From NCBI GenBank assembly GCA_964187785.1, contig OZ076409.1, positions 59,832,001-59,896,000 on the forward strand: a stretch of 64,000 nucleotides of DNA. Direction: 5' to 3'. Source of the DNA: Amphiscolops sp. MND2022. Lineage: Eukaryota. Made by a program: the position numbers and the translations under genes. This document shows, in pieces, positions 13,653 to 26,531 of this stretch. The number at the start of each line of letters is the position of its first letter. Within the stretch, counting starts at the first letter, position 1. The notes under the pieces are model-generated. The model saw nothing but the letters and a program-made list of their open reading frames with translations. It did no database searches and was not told the DNA's origin.

Positions 13653-14841
13653 GAGAAAACATCTACATAGTTGTAGAAAAGTAGTTGAGGAAACAAAGTG
13701 TGACTACAAAGTGATCGTGTGGCTATTGTATTGGAATTTGTTTTTAAATTTATTTGCATTAGTGGAAAATGCAGCGTAACTTTACATGATTTACCACCCG
13801 AAGTTCACTGAATTTTCTAGGTTTTATAAAATAATTACCCTGCATGCAGACCTGCAGCATGTAAAAAGTTCCTGCAGTTTCAACTATGGCAACAAACGCT
13901 TCAAAGCAGCTTCGAACGCTGAATTCGGCTTGGCAATCATTCGAGTAGGCACCTCCCTGGTTGGAACTGCTTGAGCTTTTTACATGTTTTTGTAGGTTAC
14001 CAAGCTAATTTTCCATGATTTTATAAAATTCTCAAAGAAATGTCCATGCATTAAATCTTCTCTGATTCGATTTAATTTTATCAAGCTGCCTATAAACTGC
14101 ATCTTAAATTTGGCGGCAATTCCGCGCCGCGATGTTTTGCAGGTTTCATAAAGACGCCGTTCTAATTTTGAAAACAGCTGAGACCTTAATCAATTTCACC
14201 GCGCTTTCAATGCAAACAAATTTCAGTCACATTATAAGTTTCAAAGTAGCGTCATATTCAGCGTGCTATTTGGCTAACGGTGATTACATAAGGTACTTAC
14301 ATGAGAAACTTACGCGTGAAAACAAAGTGATCGCTGCAGCGAAGAAGTGGAATTGTTTTCAGTTTTAATTCAAATAGTTAAGACTGCATTGTAATCCTAC
14401 AAAATGTTTCCATGCACGGTCCCGGAATTTTCCATGTTTTATAAAAAAATTAGTATGCATGTTTCCATGCAGCATGTAAAAAGTTCAAGCAATCTCGACT
14501 AGGGTTCTTCTTGAAAGTGGAAGATCTTTCACATCAAAGTGTGAACGAATTGACCGGTAAAGACGTCTAGATTGCGTATGGGGAAAGTCAAAGTTGTTTT
14601 GTTTACAACTATTACAATTTTGAACAATGAATATTTTGTGCGTTCATCTGGTATTAGAAAAACATCAAACAAATCGTCTCGAACTGGAAATACTAGGTGA
14701 ACCAAATAACGGAACGTCAAAAAATGAAAGTGTGAAATTGCACTCGAGACTGCGAATTCTCACTATGGTAATTGAAAGTATTTGTCAACACAACATCAGA
14801 ACCACTATTAAGTTCAGTTTTACAGCCATCAATTTTCAGAA

Positions 14842-15921
14842 ATGGCACCTCCTTTGAAACTTGAAATTCGAACATTTATATTTAAAATGCTTCGTCAAAG
14901 GCGTTCTTATCAAGAAATTCGAACTTTAGTATCACAAAACTTCGAAGAACCGTTTCGTTGTCGAGAATGTACAGACCGTTCAGACGATTTCATTGTTTTG
15001 GCTCAAAAGTCAATCAAAATGTCAAAAAATCAGGCCGTCCAAGAACAAAGACGGACATACACAGCTTAGAAACAATAAAAGGATCGCTGTTAAGGAACCC
15101 TTTCCAATCAAGTAGGAAACACGATGCCGAATTTTCACAAACGATGTTCATTCGAGCAAGGAAACTGATAAAATGTTGCGGGGTTCGACTCAGGAGAGGA
15201 AGGAATTTTCCTAACAAATCGGGACAAATTTTGACCGGCAACATTTGCCAGATATTTTCTTCAGGAAATTCGAGACTCTACGATATCTCTAAGAAACGTC
15301 ATTTTCTCAGATGAGGCAACTTTTTTATGGATGGATACTTACATACAAAAAACGCCCGAATTCATCAAAAGTGAGGGACGCCCCATTCCGAAATACGATA
15401 ATGTATGGTGAATCCTGCCTTCCACCGGCAAAAATTGACAGTATAGGCTGCTTTACTTGACGGAAAAGTTTTTCGGCCATAATTTATTGAGAAAATCATC
15501 AATACCAGGCTATACAAAACTGTTCTAACGCTTTTTCTGACAGATTAAAGAACTCAAGGGTTTGACCTGAAACGACTTACTTTCCAACAAGACGGTGCTA
15601 GCCCGCATACTTCCTATGAAAGCATTCATTTTTTGGACAGATTTTTCCATAGACCAATTTCAGCTCGACCTTTTCAGTATGTCGGTGAATATTTACATTG
15701 GCCTTCTATATCACCAGATATCAATCCTCTTGATTTTTTTTTGGAAATACATCAAAGAAAAAATGTATCGCCATCTGCTTCAAACAATAAGTCAGCTACG
15801 AGATGAAATTGCATTTGAGTTCTGTCAAGTTCCTGAAGTGACAGTCGAAAGAGCCACAATTTTTGGTTTTCATAGACGCTTACACTTGTGTGACCGAAAT
15901 GATCGTGATTTTCTGTTCTGA
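14842..15921 (+). pseudogene. Frameshifted DDxD transposase, closest to the rosa/DD41D type
   Basis: N-terminal HTH-like region, SGRPR, then FSDEA, QQDGASPHT and WPSISPDINPLDFF motifs; stops and frameshifts present. Confidence 0.85.
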
Positions 15922-16299
15922 ATAAGTTCAAAGTACCTTCTAAATTGTGTTCTGAAAGTCAATTCAATTATTTGCACGTTCCGTTTTTCTGTCAATCAAA
16001 GTGTGCGAAACGGCTTTTCAAACTGCCTGTGATCGGACAAAGCTGAGTTTGGGTAGCATTTTTTATTTAGGTTCAAAGTACTTGTCATATCTGTCTGATG
16101 TTGTTCTCGAAACCAATGTGCAATGTTGTTCTGAATGATAAACAAATGACGAAACGAATTGAGAAACGGTTTGATATCTTGTCGACATGACGAAACGAAA
16201 TTAGAAACGGTTTGATATCTTATGACAAATGTTTTCGTTGACAAAGTTTCAGAAATTTCACTGTTTTTTGCGGGTCATCTAGTAGTTTTCACTCCCTGC

Positions 16300-16532
16300 C
16301 TTCAAGGTTAATGAACTCAAAGAAGTTTTGCTGATGTTGATTGACGTCTGTTTCTGTTCGACCGCATTCTCCGCCCTGCAGGTGTAGGCACCCAGAATCT
16401 CATCAAAAGACCCACTTTCAGTCGGTTTGATCAACAGGTTGGCGTTCTTACCATCGAACAGAAATTCAGTTGTCTTGGACTTCCGCAAAATGTTGGCATC
16501 TTTGAACCAGGAAATTCTAGGCGCTGGCTCAC
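16300..16532 (-). CDS. Ig-domain exon (phase 1-0) of the titin-like gene; donor probably GC
   Basis: tttcag|GT GAG CCA gives (G)EPAPRISWFKD...LGAYTCRAENAVE...LTLK|gcaggg; continues ACIVE-G from the previous exon. Confidence 0.82.
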
Positions 16533-16659
16533 CTGAAACGGCACCATATACAGAAAAGATAAATGAATTGAGCTCTCATGGAGCCACACACAAATTTTCC
16601 TCCCACTTTTTGTGATCAGAGTCTTCATGAAAACTTTCAAAAGAAAACGATTGTACCAT

Positions 16660-16940
16660 TATGATTAAAATAAAGTCATAAAGTCTTGCAAGATGATCAT
16701 ATTCCTGGGAAAGCTTGAAAGCATCTAATAAAATCCTTGCGTCTTATAATGGATTTCTTGCAATGTTATGAATAATGAATTCCTTGCAAGGTCGTTATCA
16801 ATAATGAATTCCTTGTTATGAAATTGTTTCCTTGCAGGATTTTGGAAGGAAAGCGTTCACTTCAATAATCATGCAAAGAATGCATCAAAAGTGAGAATCT
16901 TGCAAAATATTTGCAGAGTCTGTATTTTTTTCAACCAGGG
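16660..16940. repeat. Partial copy of the CCCTGGTTGAAAA / CTTGCAAG MITE family
   Basis: Ends tgtattttttt caaccaggg like 58145; degenerate cttgcaag units. Confidence 0.5.
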
Positions 16941-17064
16941 TTTTTTCGTCTTGATCTTCTCGACTGAACTCGTTTTTGTGCAAAATTTCTTTCTTTCACA
17001 AAGTACCGTAATATAGTTCATTTTTTTCGAAAAAAAGGTTGATATTGACTATATGTATATTTAC

Positions 17065-17243
17065 CTTCGACGATACAAGCCAGAGTGATGAGTCCAGGGT
17101 TGCTGCTGGTGATTTCCAGGGGCTTCACGATCTGGAGGAAGCTGGCATTGCTACCGCTGCTGGTCGAATCAGCTACACCTCCCCCTGTAATGTTTCTGCT
17201 GCCGTACAGGGAAGATTTTTTGCTCAGAGGAGACGAATCACAC
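17065..17243 (-). CDS. Linker/Ig exon (phase 2-1) of the titin-like gene
   Basis: ttaacag|G TGT...FLQIVKPLEITSSNPGLITLACIVE G|gtaaat; 179 bp; phase matches both neighbours. Confidence 0.82.
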
Positions 17244-17952
17244 CTGTTAAAATAATTACATGATAAATAAAAAAATAAATCAGCTTTTCCACTATAAGAC
17301 ACCCGCTGAGTACCGGGTTGTTTTCCGCCCTGATATATTTGTTAGCGACAAGAAATATTCAGGGCTTGAAATATACTTTATACTTCATAAACTAACAAAC
17401 TTGGAGAAAATTCAAAATATTTTAAATTTTGATGAATTTTTGCTCTTTTTTGTTCACTTTAAAAACTTTTTCCTTTGAAAAAAATCTTCATTGGAAAGTA
17501 TGCTACATTACGGTGCATAGGCAAGCTATTTTGCTGCTTGTCGTGGAATCCGGGACACGAAAATTGAGACAGTGCGTACAGCTAAGCATTTGTTACTAGA
17601 ATCCGTGGAATCCAGGACTATGACGTAATTTGACAATTTTGCACGGTTAAAGGTGTGGTCGTGGAATCCGAGGTATTGAAAGCACAAAATTGTGCTTTGA
17701 GCAAATTTAGCTTGCCTATGCACTCTAATGTAAGACGCTAACTGTAATGTTTTTCAAATCTATGGTTCCTGATACTCACGAAAACATTCAAACATTTGTA
17801 CATGAGTTCTGGGGTATTTTGTAACTTCTCAATACTAAGCAATTTTCATAATGGAAATCTTCCCCAAAATATATTATATCAAGCCTAATATTTCCTCGTA
17901 ATATTCTGTGGAAGAAACATTTTCTTTTCAACTTAGTTTCGAGTTTTTGAGA

Positions 17953-18152
17953 NNNNNNNNNNNNNNNNNNNNNNNNNNNNNNNNNNNNNNNNNNNNNNNN
18001 NNNNNNNNNNNNNNNNNNNNNNNNNNNNNNNNNNNNNNNNNNNNNNNNNNNNNNNNNNNNNNNNNNNNNNNNNNNNNNNNNNNNNNNNNNNNNNNNNNNN
18101 NNNNNNNNNNNNNNNNNNNNNNNNNNNNNNNNNNNNNNNNNNNNNNNNNNNN
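17953..18152. other. Assembly gap (200 N)
   Basis: Run of N. Confidence 1.
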
Positions 18153-19657
18153 TGATTGCTGAATTTTTGAGCTTCACTTACAATGGACCTGTGGGTCTTG
18201 CTGACTACAATGACCACATGGGCTTGTGTCTAGTCGCTCGGACCTGTGGTCCATTTGACCAAAACGGCCTCCAGGACTACTGTCTAGTCTGCCTGACTTG
18301 TTGCCCACGATACTAAAATGATCTCCGGGGCTCCTGTCTAGTCTACCGGACCTGTAGTTCCTCATGGAATTCATGGTCCCTGAACTCCTAGCACATTTTG
18401 AATGCTTGGAAGCAACCTTTCAACAATTGCTGAGTTGATTACTTCCATATTCTGCGTTTTTAGGTCTTCTCTAATTTCATCTACTCTCCTAGTAATTTTG
18501 CTACTGATTTCTTTGTTAATCAACCTTGCAGTCTCAATGGTAATTTCGCTGTTCTCTCGACAATTAGGATTAATCAAAGATCTAAAATCTTCACTTGTTG
18601 GATTAACTGCGGGTAGTCCGTAGGTCTCCTTCAGTTTCTCTCTCACCTGACTGACAGTCTAGTTCATTTTAAGAGTAATTTCCAAACAATATATCCGTAT
18701 TTTCTAAGTCAGACATCACGTCCGATTGTCCAGAACCTTTCTCCTCAGCATTCTGTTTTCTTCTTGAGGGCAATTGAAAAGTTCAAAGATCGAGAAAGAT
18801 TATAATTAGGCTTTTGTTTGTTAACTAATTTTGAACTGCAAGAACGTGAAGTAGAATGAGAATACAAGGAAGATTCGCTAGTATGCAACAATTCGTGTTC
18901 AGTGATTTGTAGCGTCGTTTTCAAAGTTGTATCCCCAAACAAGACTATAGGGGTATGCTATTGCTATTTGTAGTAAATGAAGCATGACTAGCAAAATTAA
19001 GGTGGACACGTTTCTAAAAATAGCAGCTAAATCGGATTGAATTAGCCCTTCGGTCTGCCGTCAGTTTTATATCAAAATTAAGTCATGACTAAAAATAGCA
19101 TCGATTGGGTTTTGAATCTATGAAAAGAATGGGGACTGGAAAGCGGTCTGCTTCTCAGATTGTAAGACTGGTGGTTTGAATGACAAGCACTTACTTACTT
19201 AAAACTCTATATGAGAGAAATACAGCATGGCGGACTGGTAGTCCGCTTGACTAGAGAATATTAGGAGGCAACAGCATTTTGGACTGGAGGTCCGCACGGT
19301 TAGAGATTACTAGCACGTGATTGGTTAATAATCACCAGTGACTGCGCGCCGAGTTGACTAGAACGGAATTCACTTCGAACGCTTTTCCTTTTTGTATACA
19401 GTAATATTATAGCACATGTCTCGTTAAATTAATCTTAGAAAGCAACAACAACACTTTTCTTGTTTACATTAACACTAATACATATTACGTGTTTAATAAC
19501 TATTGTCTAAAACAGTTTACATACAAAGCAAACTAATTCAAGTCTAAAAAGTTTATAGACAAATGGACCAATGGCCCCGCGGTTAAAATGGTAGGACTCC
19601 GGGTATGAAAGGCAGATTTTTGTCATTGAGGACTAATTGATATCGATTACCGTCACA
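18153..19657 (-). mobile_element. 5' part of a decayed LTR retroelement (putative LTR about 19352-19657, leader, gag-like N-terminus), cut by the gap
   Basis: Minus strand starts TGTGACGG at 19657; possible PBS ggcgcgcagtc near 19350; coiled-coil ORF SDLENTDILFG...ENSEITIETARLINKEIS... followed by RSGRLDxSPG repeats; about 330 bp of the leader is repeated, diverged, at 19890-20225. Confidence 0.5.
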
Positions 19658-21045
19658 GGCTGCAGCCTGCGACACGAATCTACAATTTTCATAGTCACGG
19701 TTTTCCGAAACAACATGAAGTTTTGATAGATCTGTTCAAAGCGAAATTTTTTCCCATCGAACTCTTCTTGGTTGAAATGAAACAGTTTCAAGTCTTACGT
19801 TTTTCAACCGCTTTGCCATGGTCCAACCTACTTCGTATACAAAAAAAAGATGCTTTATCGCGAAATTGAACTATCATAAATTAGGTCCGTAGCATTTTGT
19901 GAGGGCATTTGATTAGTTCAATGATCGAGAAAGATTATAATTGAGCTTTTATCTGTTAACTAAATTTTAACTGAAAGAACGTAAAGTAGAATGAGAATTT
20001 TAAGAAGATTCGCTAGTAGGCAACATTTCGTGTTCACTGATTTGTAGCGTCGTTTTCATAGTTTGTATCCTTTGGACTACGTGGGTGTCCTATCTGTAGT
20101 AAACGAAGCATGACTAGCAAAATTATGGTGGACACGTTTCTAATAACAGCAACTAAATCGAGTTGAAATAGCCTTTCGGTCTGACGTCAGTTTTACATCA
20201 CCATCATGTCATGAATAAAAACAGCCTTGTCAATTTTCGAAGTTTTTCCAATGTTTTGTGCATGTTTCTGTACAAAGAATGTCTAGACTCCAACTTTAGA
20301 AAAGTTGTCTCTAGATTAATTCGGGCGGTAGATTTTAACCAGAGGAACCGGACGTGGTCCTTACATACTACAGGCCTGTAGAGTAACTTTTAGAAAAACC
20401 TAGAAAATGCAGTATTGTTCCGTCTGTAAATTTTGTAGAGTTACACTGCAGGTGCAATTAGAGTTGCAAAATTCTCACTTCACTGCTCATACGACAACTT
20501 TGAATTTACACTTTTTCTCAACTTCTCATTTGATAAGATCATCGCTTGTCAAATGGGACGCTAATCTTGGCGCTAGTCTGCAGTTCATTACTGAAGTTAT
20601 TTCATATTAGAATGGCGGTAAAACTGATAGCAAGTTTTTTGCTTTCAATTTAGAATATTGATTTCCGCTCACTTATATAGGGGAAGGAAAATCATAATCT
20701 GTTTTGCGTTTTTTCCTAATTGTGCCAAATCTCCATAATCTCTAAAATTGTCAAGTAACTAAAATAGTCAAGTAGTGGATGGAGATCGGGTTAAATCATC
20801 ATTAGATATTTCATGAGGAAAATGAAAAAATGAATCATCAAGTCCTTCATTCCTAGCTCAGTGGTATGTGGTATAATACAGAAAACAATGCATTTGACGG
20901 AGAAAAACAGAAGAAGAAGAAGAAGAAGAGCAAGGCGGAAAGTATCTGGTGCTTAGCGGGCATCTTGTTTCTTAATGAAACCTGCAAAACTTCAAGGCTT
21001 GAAATTGCCGCCAAAACCTTGATGAATCTTTTAATTGAGCTGGAT

Positions 21046-21391
21046 GGTGCCTATTCAAACAGCCGATTTTACAAAACAGTGCTGTTACAGCCGTGTTTGG
21101 AGCTTGATTGATTTGAAAAGGTTAGCATATTTGTTGTTTGGCTCCGTCGCTTCGCTCCCTTCGCCAAGTAGCAACATTGAGGCACGACCATATCACACTA
21201 GGGATATGTCAACGTAACTGACAACGTTATAATAATAATTCCGACAAACTATGACACTCGTTTTCAGCTCAGGAATTCAATTCGAATTCAAATTTCAGCC
21301 AATCAAATTGCAGCATAAACTAATATTCAGCTGCTTTAGACCAATTTTCCATTTTCTGCTGTTTGGGAATTTGGCTGTTTGAGAGTTTCCC
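21046..21391. mobile_element. MITE with CAAACAGCC-type arms and the shared core cassette
   Basis: tcaaacagccgattttacaaaacag ... ctgtttgggaatttggctgtttga inverted; core 21120-21210 homologous to 13321-13440. Confidence 0.55.
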
Positions 21392-21542
21392 GAGTTAGGT
21401 AAAAGTCGAATCCAATAGAAAAATAGTTGTGCATGAATGTTCCTGTAAGAATTCTAGAAAATCATTATAAAAGTTGCTTGCGACATTAAAGTGGATGCAG
21501 AAAGTTCACACAATTTCAGCAAGGGTATACAATTCAACTTAC

Positions 21543-22032
21543 AGAAGAGCTTTGTTTTCATCGATTGAATCAAATATCAGTTTCTTCGTTGCTATTTTTG
21601 TAGGCGATGGTGTTTTCGATTCGTCGGGTGTTGTCGGCGTTGAGCCAGTAGAAGCTGAGAACTCCGAAACAACCAATGAGCTGCTTTCCGCTTTTCCCTT
21701 GTCATTGGTCAGCCGACATACGACTCGTTTTCCCAAACATCTACTAGCATTCCCTAATATGGTCAAACAGCATTCCCCACTTTTCACGTCACTCGTAACT
21801 CTGACATCATTTTGGTTCGTGTCCAGTGCTTCCTTGTCCAGGAACCAGCTGACCTCTGGAAAAGGTTTTCCTTTAATGATGACCTCAAAGGTCAAAGGCT
21901 TTGATCCTTCCTGGAGTTTGGATTCCTTCGGCAAAGGTTTCAGGAAGTTTGGAATGTTGATTGAAGCTAAAGAGGGAAGCACGGAAACCTTGCAGACGCT
22001 TTGCAGATCGCTCCATTGGACAGAGTATTGAC
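21543..22032 (-). CDS. Ig-domain exon (phase 1-2) of the titin-like gene
   Basis: (G)QYSVQWSDLQSVCKVSV...PNFLKPL...FEVIIKGKPFPEVSWFLD...VVCRLTNDKGKAESSSLVV...; donor CT|gtaagt; 490 bp. Confidence 0.87.
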
Positions 22033-22712
22033 CTTCATCAGAAATGAGCTACACATTCAACTCAACAGTTTTATTACTTTTTAATTGATTTTAAAATTTT
22101 CAATTTTTGACCCCATTTAAAGGGGTGCACTTATTTTCCCTTCCATGGCAAACAACTTGAAAAAGCTTCACATAAGTTTCGCAAAGAACGAAAAGTATGT
22201 TTAGGGTTTTTACCTGCGAAAAAACCTGTTATCATGTTCAGGAGATCTTGACCGTTTGTCATTGATCCCCTATTGATTTTGTTTGATGCTTCGAAAAAGT
22301 CTGAATATTTCAGAAAAGATAGAGTTTGGAATGACTCTAGTCAATGTTTTTATGAGACAACGGGTTATAACTTACGCGACTTACAAAGTCAGTTATCTCG
22401 GTATTGAGAAAACTCGAATACTATCATTTTTGATTCGTCTACTGGACAAACGGCATAAACTGGATAAATATACAAAAAAGGAACAAATCATACTTTGAAG
22501 GAAAAGCACTAACAAAATTCACCAACAAAAATTCCACTATTTGTTCCATAATCTTTGCTTCACAACTGATAAAGTAACGATTACTTCATAAGTTTTAACA
22601 AAAAATAGTTTGAGGGAAAAAACTGCGAACTTTTTGAGAAACGTAAAAATGCTTGTAGGTAGCAGGTTGAATTATTGTTTTACCCCGATTTTGTAGGCAA
22701 GGAGACTTGAGT

Positions 22713-23177
22713 CAGGGGTTTAAAATGTTTGATTGCAATAATATTGCGACTCATATCACAATTATTGTTTTGTCACTAAATCAAAAAAACAATTATTGGA
22801 ACAATAATTGAATTATTGTCTCCAGGAAAACAAATATTGTCAAAATTGCAACAAAAGTTCCGCAACGTTGCGAATATCCCGGTATTTTCTATTGAATTTT
22901 AGAAAAATTTGCGCCTCGAGTTTGACAGGCGAACTTCGTTTCCGATAATCAGTATATACTGCACGGACTACGCTGAAAACATTGGACGTTGCTGGAACCC
23001 ACTGCAAGCGGCATGGAAGTACTGAGAGAATTTATTTGAAAGTAATAATTGCATCCGCTCGAACAATAATTGGTAACGAACAAAAAATAATTTATAATGT
23101 TGGCGCCAAAAAATCAATAATTATTGTTTTTATTGACATTATTGTTTTAACAATTATTAATTTATTTTAAACCCCTG
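22713..23177. mobile_element. MITE with CAGGGGTTTAAAAT TIRs (hAT/P-like)
   Basis: caggggtttaaaat ... attttaaacccctg; flanks cttgagt / cctgagt (about 7-bp TSD, 1 mismatch); many ACAATAAT/ATTATTGT subterminal motifs. Confidence 0.7.
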
Positions 23178-23348
23178 CCTGAGTACCTTAGTAATGGCAT
23201 TTGAGATTTCAAAAAATTTCAATTTGGGTCATTTAAGTAGAAGCTGCCGTATATCTTTGAACCTTAACCTAGGCTGATTTGAAAAAATATAAACAAAATG
23301 TTTTTAATATCAAAAGAATCAACGACTTTTAATTCACTCATCGCTGAC

Positions 23349-23541
23349 CTTCGTCTTGTTGTTTAACGTTCAGAATGACTAATCTAGAACACGAAACGTG
23401 ATTGGCTGTGAAGAAACGCTCTGCATCGTTGGTGATAGGCTCATTGTTGCAGAACCAGATGAATTCTGATTGGTCCACTGGCGTTGATGTGTATGACTCA
23501 GAAAGGCTGACTGAGAGCATCAGTTTCTGGTTTTCTTTCAC
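23349..23541 (-). CDS. Ig-domain exon (phase 0-1) of the titin-like gene
   Basis: cttaag|GTG; VKENQKLMLSVSL...FIWFCNN...RLVILNVKQQDE G|gtcagc; 193 bp. Confidence 0.83.
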
Positions 23542-23733
23542 CTTAAGAGCGGAAATGGAAGAATCAGAAATTTTCATAATGTTTTACAACCCACAAATTA
23601 TCTAAATTTGAATTCAGAGGTATGAATTCAGAGATGATCTAAATATGAATCCCTACCTCCACCAGGAAATTCCAAGTTATTTCCAATTCTACAGACCACT
23701 GACAATAGAAAAGAATAAAGTTCTCCGCTTGGC

Positions 23734-24235
23734 CAGTGTTACCGGAAAAAATATTTCAACGAAAATAAATGCAATAAATCAATAATCACAATTTATTTTT
23801 GGAATGATGGAATAAAAATCATTTATTTTCGAATCTCGAATTACAAATTATTCATTTAACCGCCAAAATAATTCTGCAATAAGGAATTGCGTCGTCAGCC
23901 AATAGAATTGTGTCGCATTATATACGGTATTTTTTCAAGAGCTGGTTATCTATATCTGCGAACGTGGCTTTAGCCGTAGTCGCTTGACAAAATTTCATTT
24001 GCGACATGCATTGTCACCATTGCATGTGGAGGCCATTCAATTTCTCCTTTATAACAGGGAGCTCTGGTCGGCAGAAACTGTTTCAAAACTAAAAAAAATA
24101 GAAAATTATATTGTGAAATTTTTGCAAATATTGCAATAATTTATTTATGAAACAAATAATTTGCAATTATATATTTTTGAGAATTGAAACAAAATAATTC
24201 TATGACTAAAAAATTTTCAAAATATCTTCGGTAAC
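23734..24235. mobile_element. Degenerate MITE (GTTACCG...CGGTAAC arms)
   Basis: gttaccggaaaaaatattt vs aaatatcttcggtaac; AT-rich subterminal repeats. Confidence 0.4.
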
Positions 24236-24965
24236 TTAAAGAAACTCAAAACTTTTAGGGACATGAGAAGAGAGAAGAATTACGAGAATGATGAGATGGA
24301 AGTCTAGATGGCTCAAATAAGATATCGAAAGTTAAGTGAGCAACAAAATAGTTGGAATTAGAGACTATTTCACTCAATGAAATAGCGTCTGTAGAGAAAG
24401 TAGTAAAAAAGCCGAGAAGAGCCGATGACGAAAGATCAATTTCTTTAGCTCTGGCTGTTTAGAACAAGACAGGAATGTCTAAAGTTGGTGCTATATCTAC
24501 CCGGGTTGACCCTCCATGGATATCTTAGTAAGATCTTGGCAAGATTTTGGAACAATCTTGGCTAAGATCTTGTGAAGATCTTGGCATGGTGTTCATTTTG
24601 CCATGGTAAGATCTTATAAAGAGATCCATGTTCCCAACAAAATTTTCCTTGTAAAATCCTTTTTGGCTAGAAAAAAATCTCAAAGGAAATCAACAAAAAT
24701 CATTATCTACGTAGATTTACATTGTTAGACATGACAATTTTCTGTTAGCAAGGTATAATTTTTTTTGATGTTAAGTCTTGATGCTATTTATTTATGGAGA
24801 CACTGATTAAATTGTTCTATCAATTGCAAAACTCGCCAACAACGGCGTCAGAGAAACCTCGAGCTGAACCTCCAGCAGTGATAGGCTTTTAGATACGTAT
24901 TGAGAAAAAAACTAGTGTATGTGTCAGAAAAATCAGTTTTAAAAATCAGAAAGTTTTCCTGTTAC

Positions 24966-25165
24966 CTTGATATCTTTCAGGGGTTTGACAAACGTGACGG
25001 GTTTGTTCGAGAAGACGGACGTGGGTGCCTTCAGCTGCCATTTTGGGATTGGGTTCACTCTGCAGTATGACGTCACACTGCCGGCACTCGATGACGTAAT
25101 CAGGCATTCGTATAGACCCGAGTCGCTCTTCGTGTCGAAGTTGATGATTTGCAACGACACGAATC
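24966..25165 (-). CDS. Ig-domain exon (phase 1-0), copy 1
   Basis: ttgcag|GA; FVSLQIINFDTKSDSGLYECLITSSSAGSVTSYCRV...PVTFVKPLKDIK|gtaaca; 200 bp. Confidence 0.85.
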
Positions 25166-26531
25166 CTGCAAAGAAAGAAAATTGTCGGAAATAAAACATT
25201 TCGAAACCTACTTTATACTCAATTTTCTTGATGATGAGTCAATGTTCGTGTCAATTAGAAGGTTCGCGAGTTTGCCTGTCAATTATCTTATCAATGCTAC
25301 GTCCATGATTCATAGTTTGCAAATATTTTTTGATGGATATCTAAAGAACACGGTTTTCAACTTGAAAAACTAATAAAATCCAGCTGACGTCTTCATTATC
25401 ATGCATTATCTTGGTTGTTCTAAAATTCTTGGGGTAATTGGTCCGTCAATATTGATGGTAAAATATAGTTTCCCTAGTTCGAAGTTTTTCGAATATCAGC
25501 TTTGACTAAGTGGTTCAATTTCAATTTTATAATTCTTCTGCAAAATCTTTATCAGAATATCGTATACAAACCTATGGTGCTGCCAGTAAGACACACTTGG
25601 AAGCAATTAACACAGCCCAAAAAATCCTAATGGCTATTTGCTAAGAAAAATGATCGAAATCTTTGCAACAAAAATTTCGCCACGTTTACGCTTCAACAGC
25701 AAATAATTTACAGGAATTAACAAGGATTCAAAATAAAAGTTATGTTAGAAAAATCAGTCTATAGTACGTAATAGATATTAAAGAGCTTTTCGCAATGTTT
25801 TTCTAAGTTATACAAGTTTTGTTCAATGCTTAACTTGGTTCTCAGGAGCACAACTAGTGGAATCAATATCCTCAACAGAGTCTGTAAGTTTATCATTTGA
25901 TGAAATAAAACTCCTTCTTTTTTCAAGAAAAACGTTTGTTCGGGCGCGGTAAATGTCCGAAGAACTAAATTATTGAAGTTTCGACATCGAAGAGTTGCTA
26001 AAGATGGCAATCGCTGACCATCTTTTTTTCGGACGTCATTTCCTCTAGACATTTGTTCAGAAAACGGTTTTTCTCTCGGCTGACGAAAGTATAGAATACT
26101 GAATGATGAAGTGATTCAGTATCAAACTGCGCCTCGATATTTTAGTCGGCGCATTTCGTTGAGGAAAAATGCCCGACTATTACAGTGGCAAGTTTTTTTC
26201 GTCAGATAACAGAACGTATGCCCTGTGGACTGTTTTTACAGAACTACTAAACTACTGGACTGGCAAGCGGAAACGCATCTTAGTTAGTGCAAAGAGTCCC
26301 CTTGCATTTTTTCCGTTTTTAAGGTAAGATACAGAACCGGCCGAGACGTAGGGTCCCCCTTTGAATTTTTTTGGCATTGTGTGGCTTTTTTCATTTTTCA
26401 TCTCCAAAGGGTCCCTTTCAAGTTTTTGTTTATTTTGGCAACAAACTGGAATTTCAAAAGTCTAAAGGGTCTCCCCTTTCACATTTTTCGGCACTTTGAA
26501 CTGTTTCAAATTTTCGAAACTGTTTACTTTT

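Larger units (their letters stand above)
12692..16282 (+). mobile_element. Tc1/mariner-superfamily DNA transposon (about 3.6 kb), degenerate, in an intron of the titin-like gene
   Basis: TIRs CTAGACGACCCGCAAAAA / TTTTTGCGGGTCATCTAG, each flanked by TA (12690-12691, 16283-16284); internal transposase relic. Confidence 0.8.

Noticed and set aside
17788..18217. ORFs with poly-X
   Set aside because: Artefacts of the 200-N gap.
20900..20932. (AAG)n run read as poly-Lys
   Set aside because: Simple intronic microsatellite.
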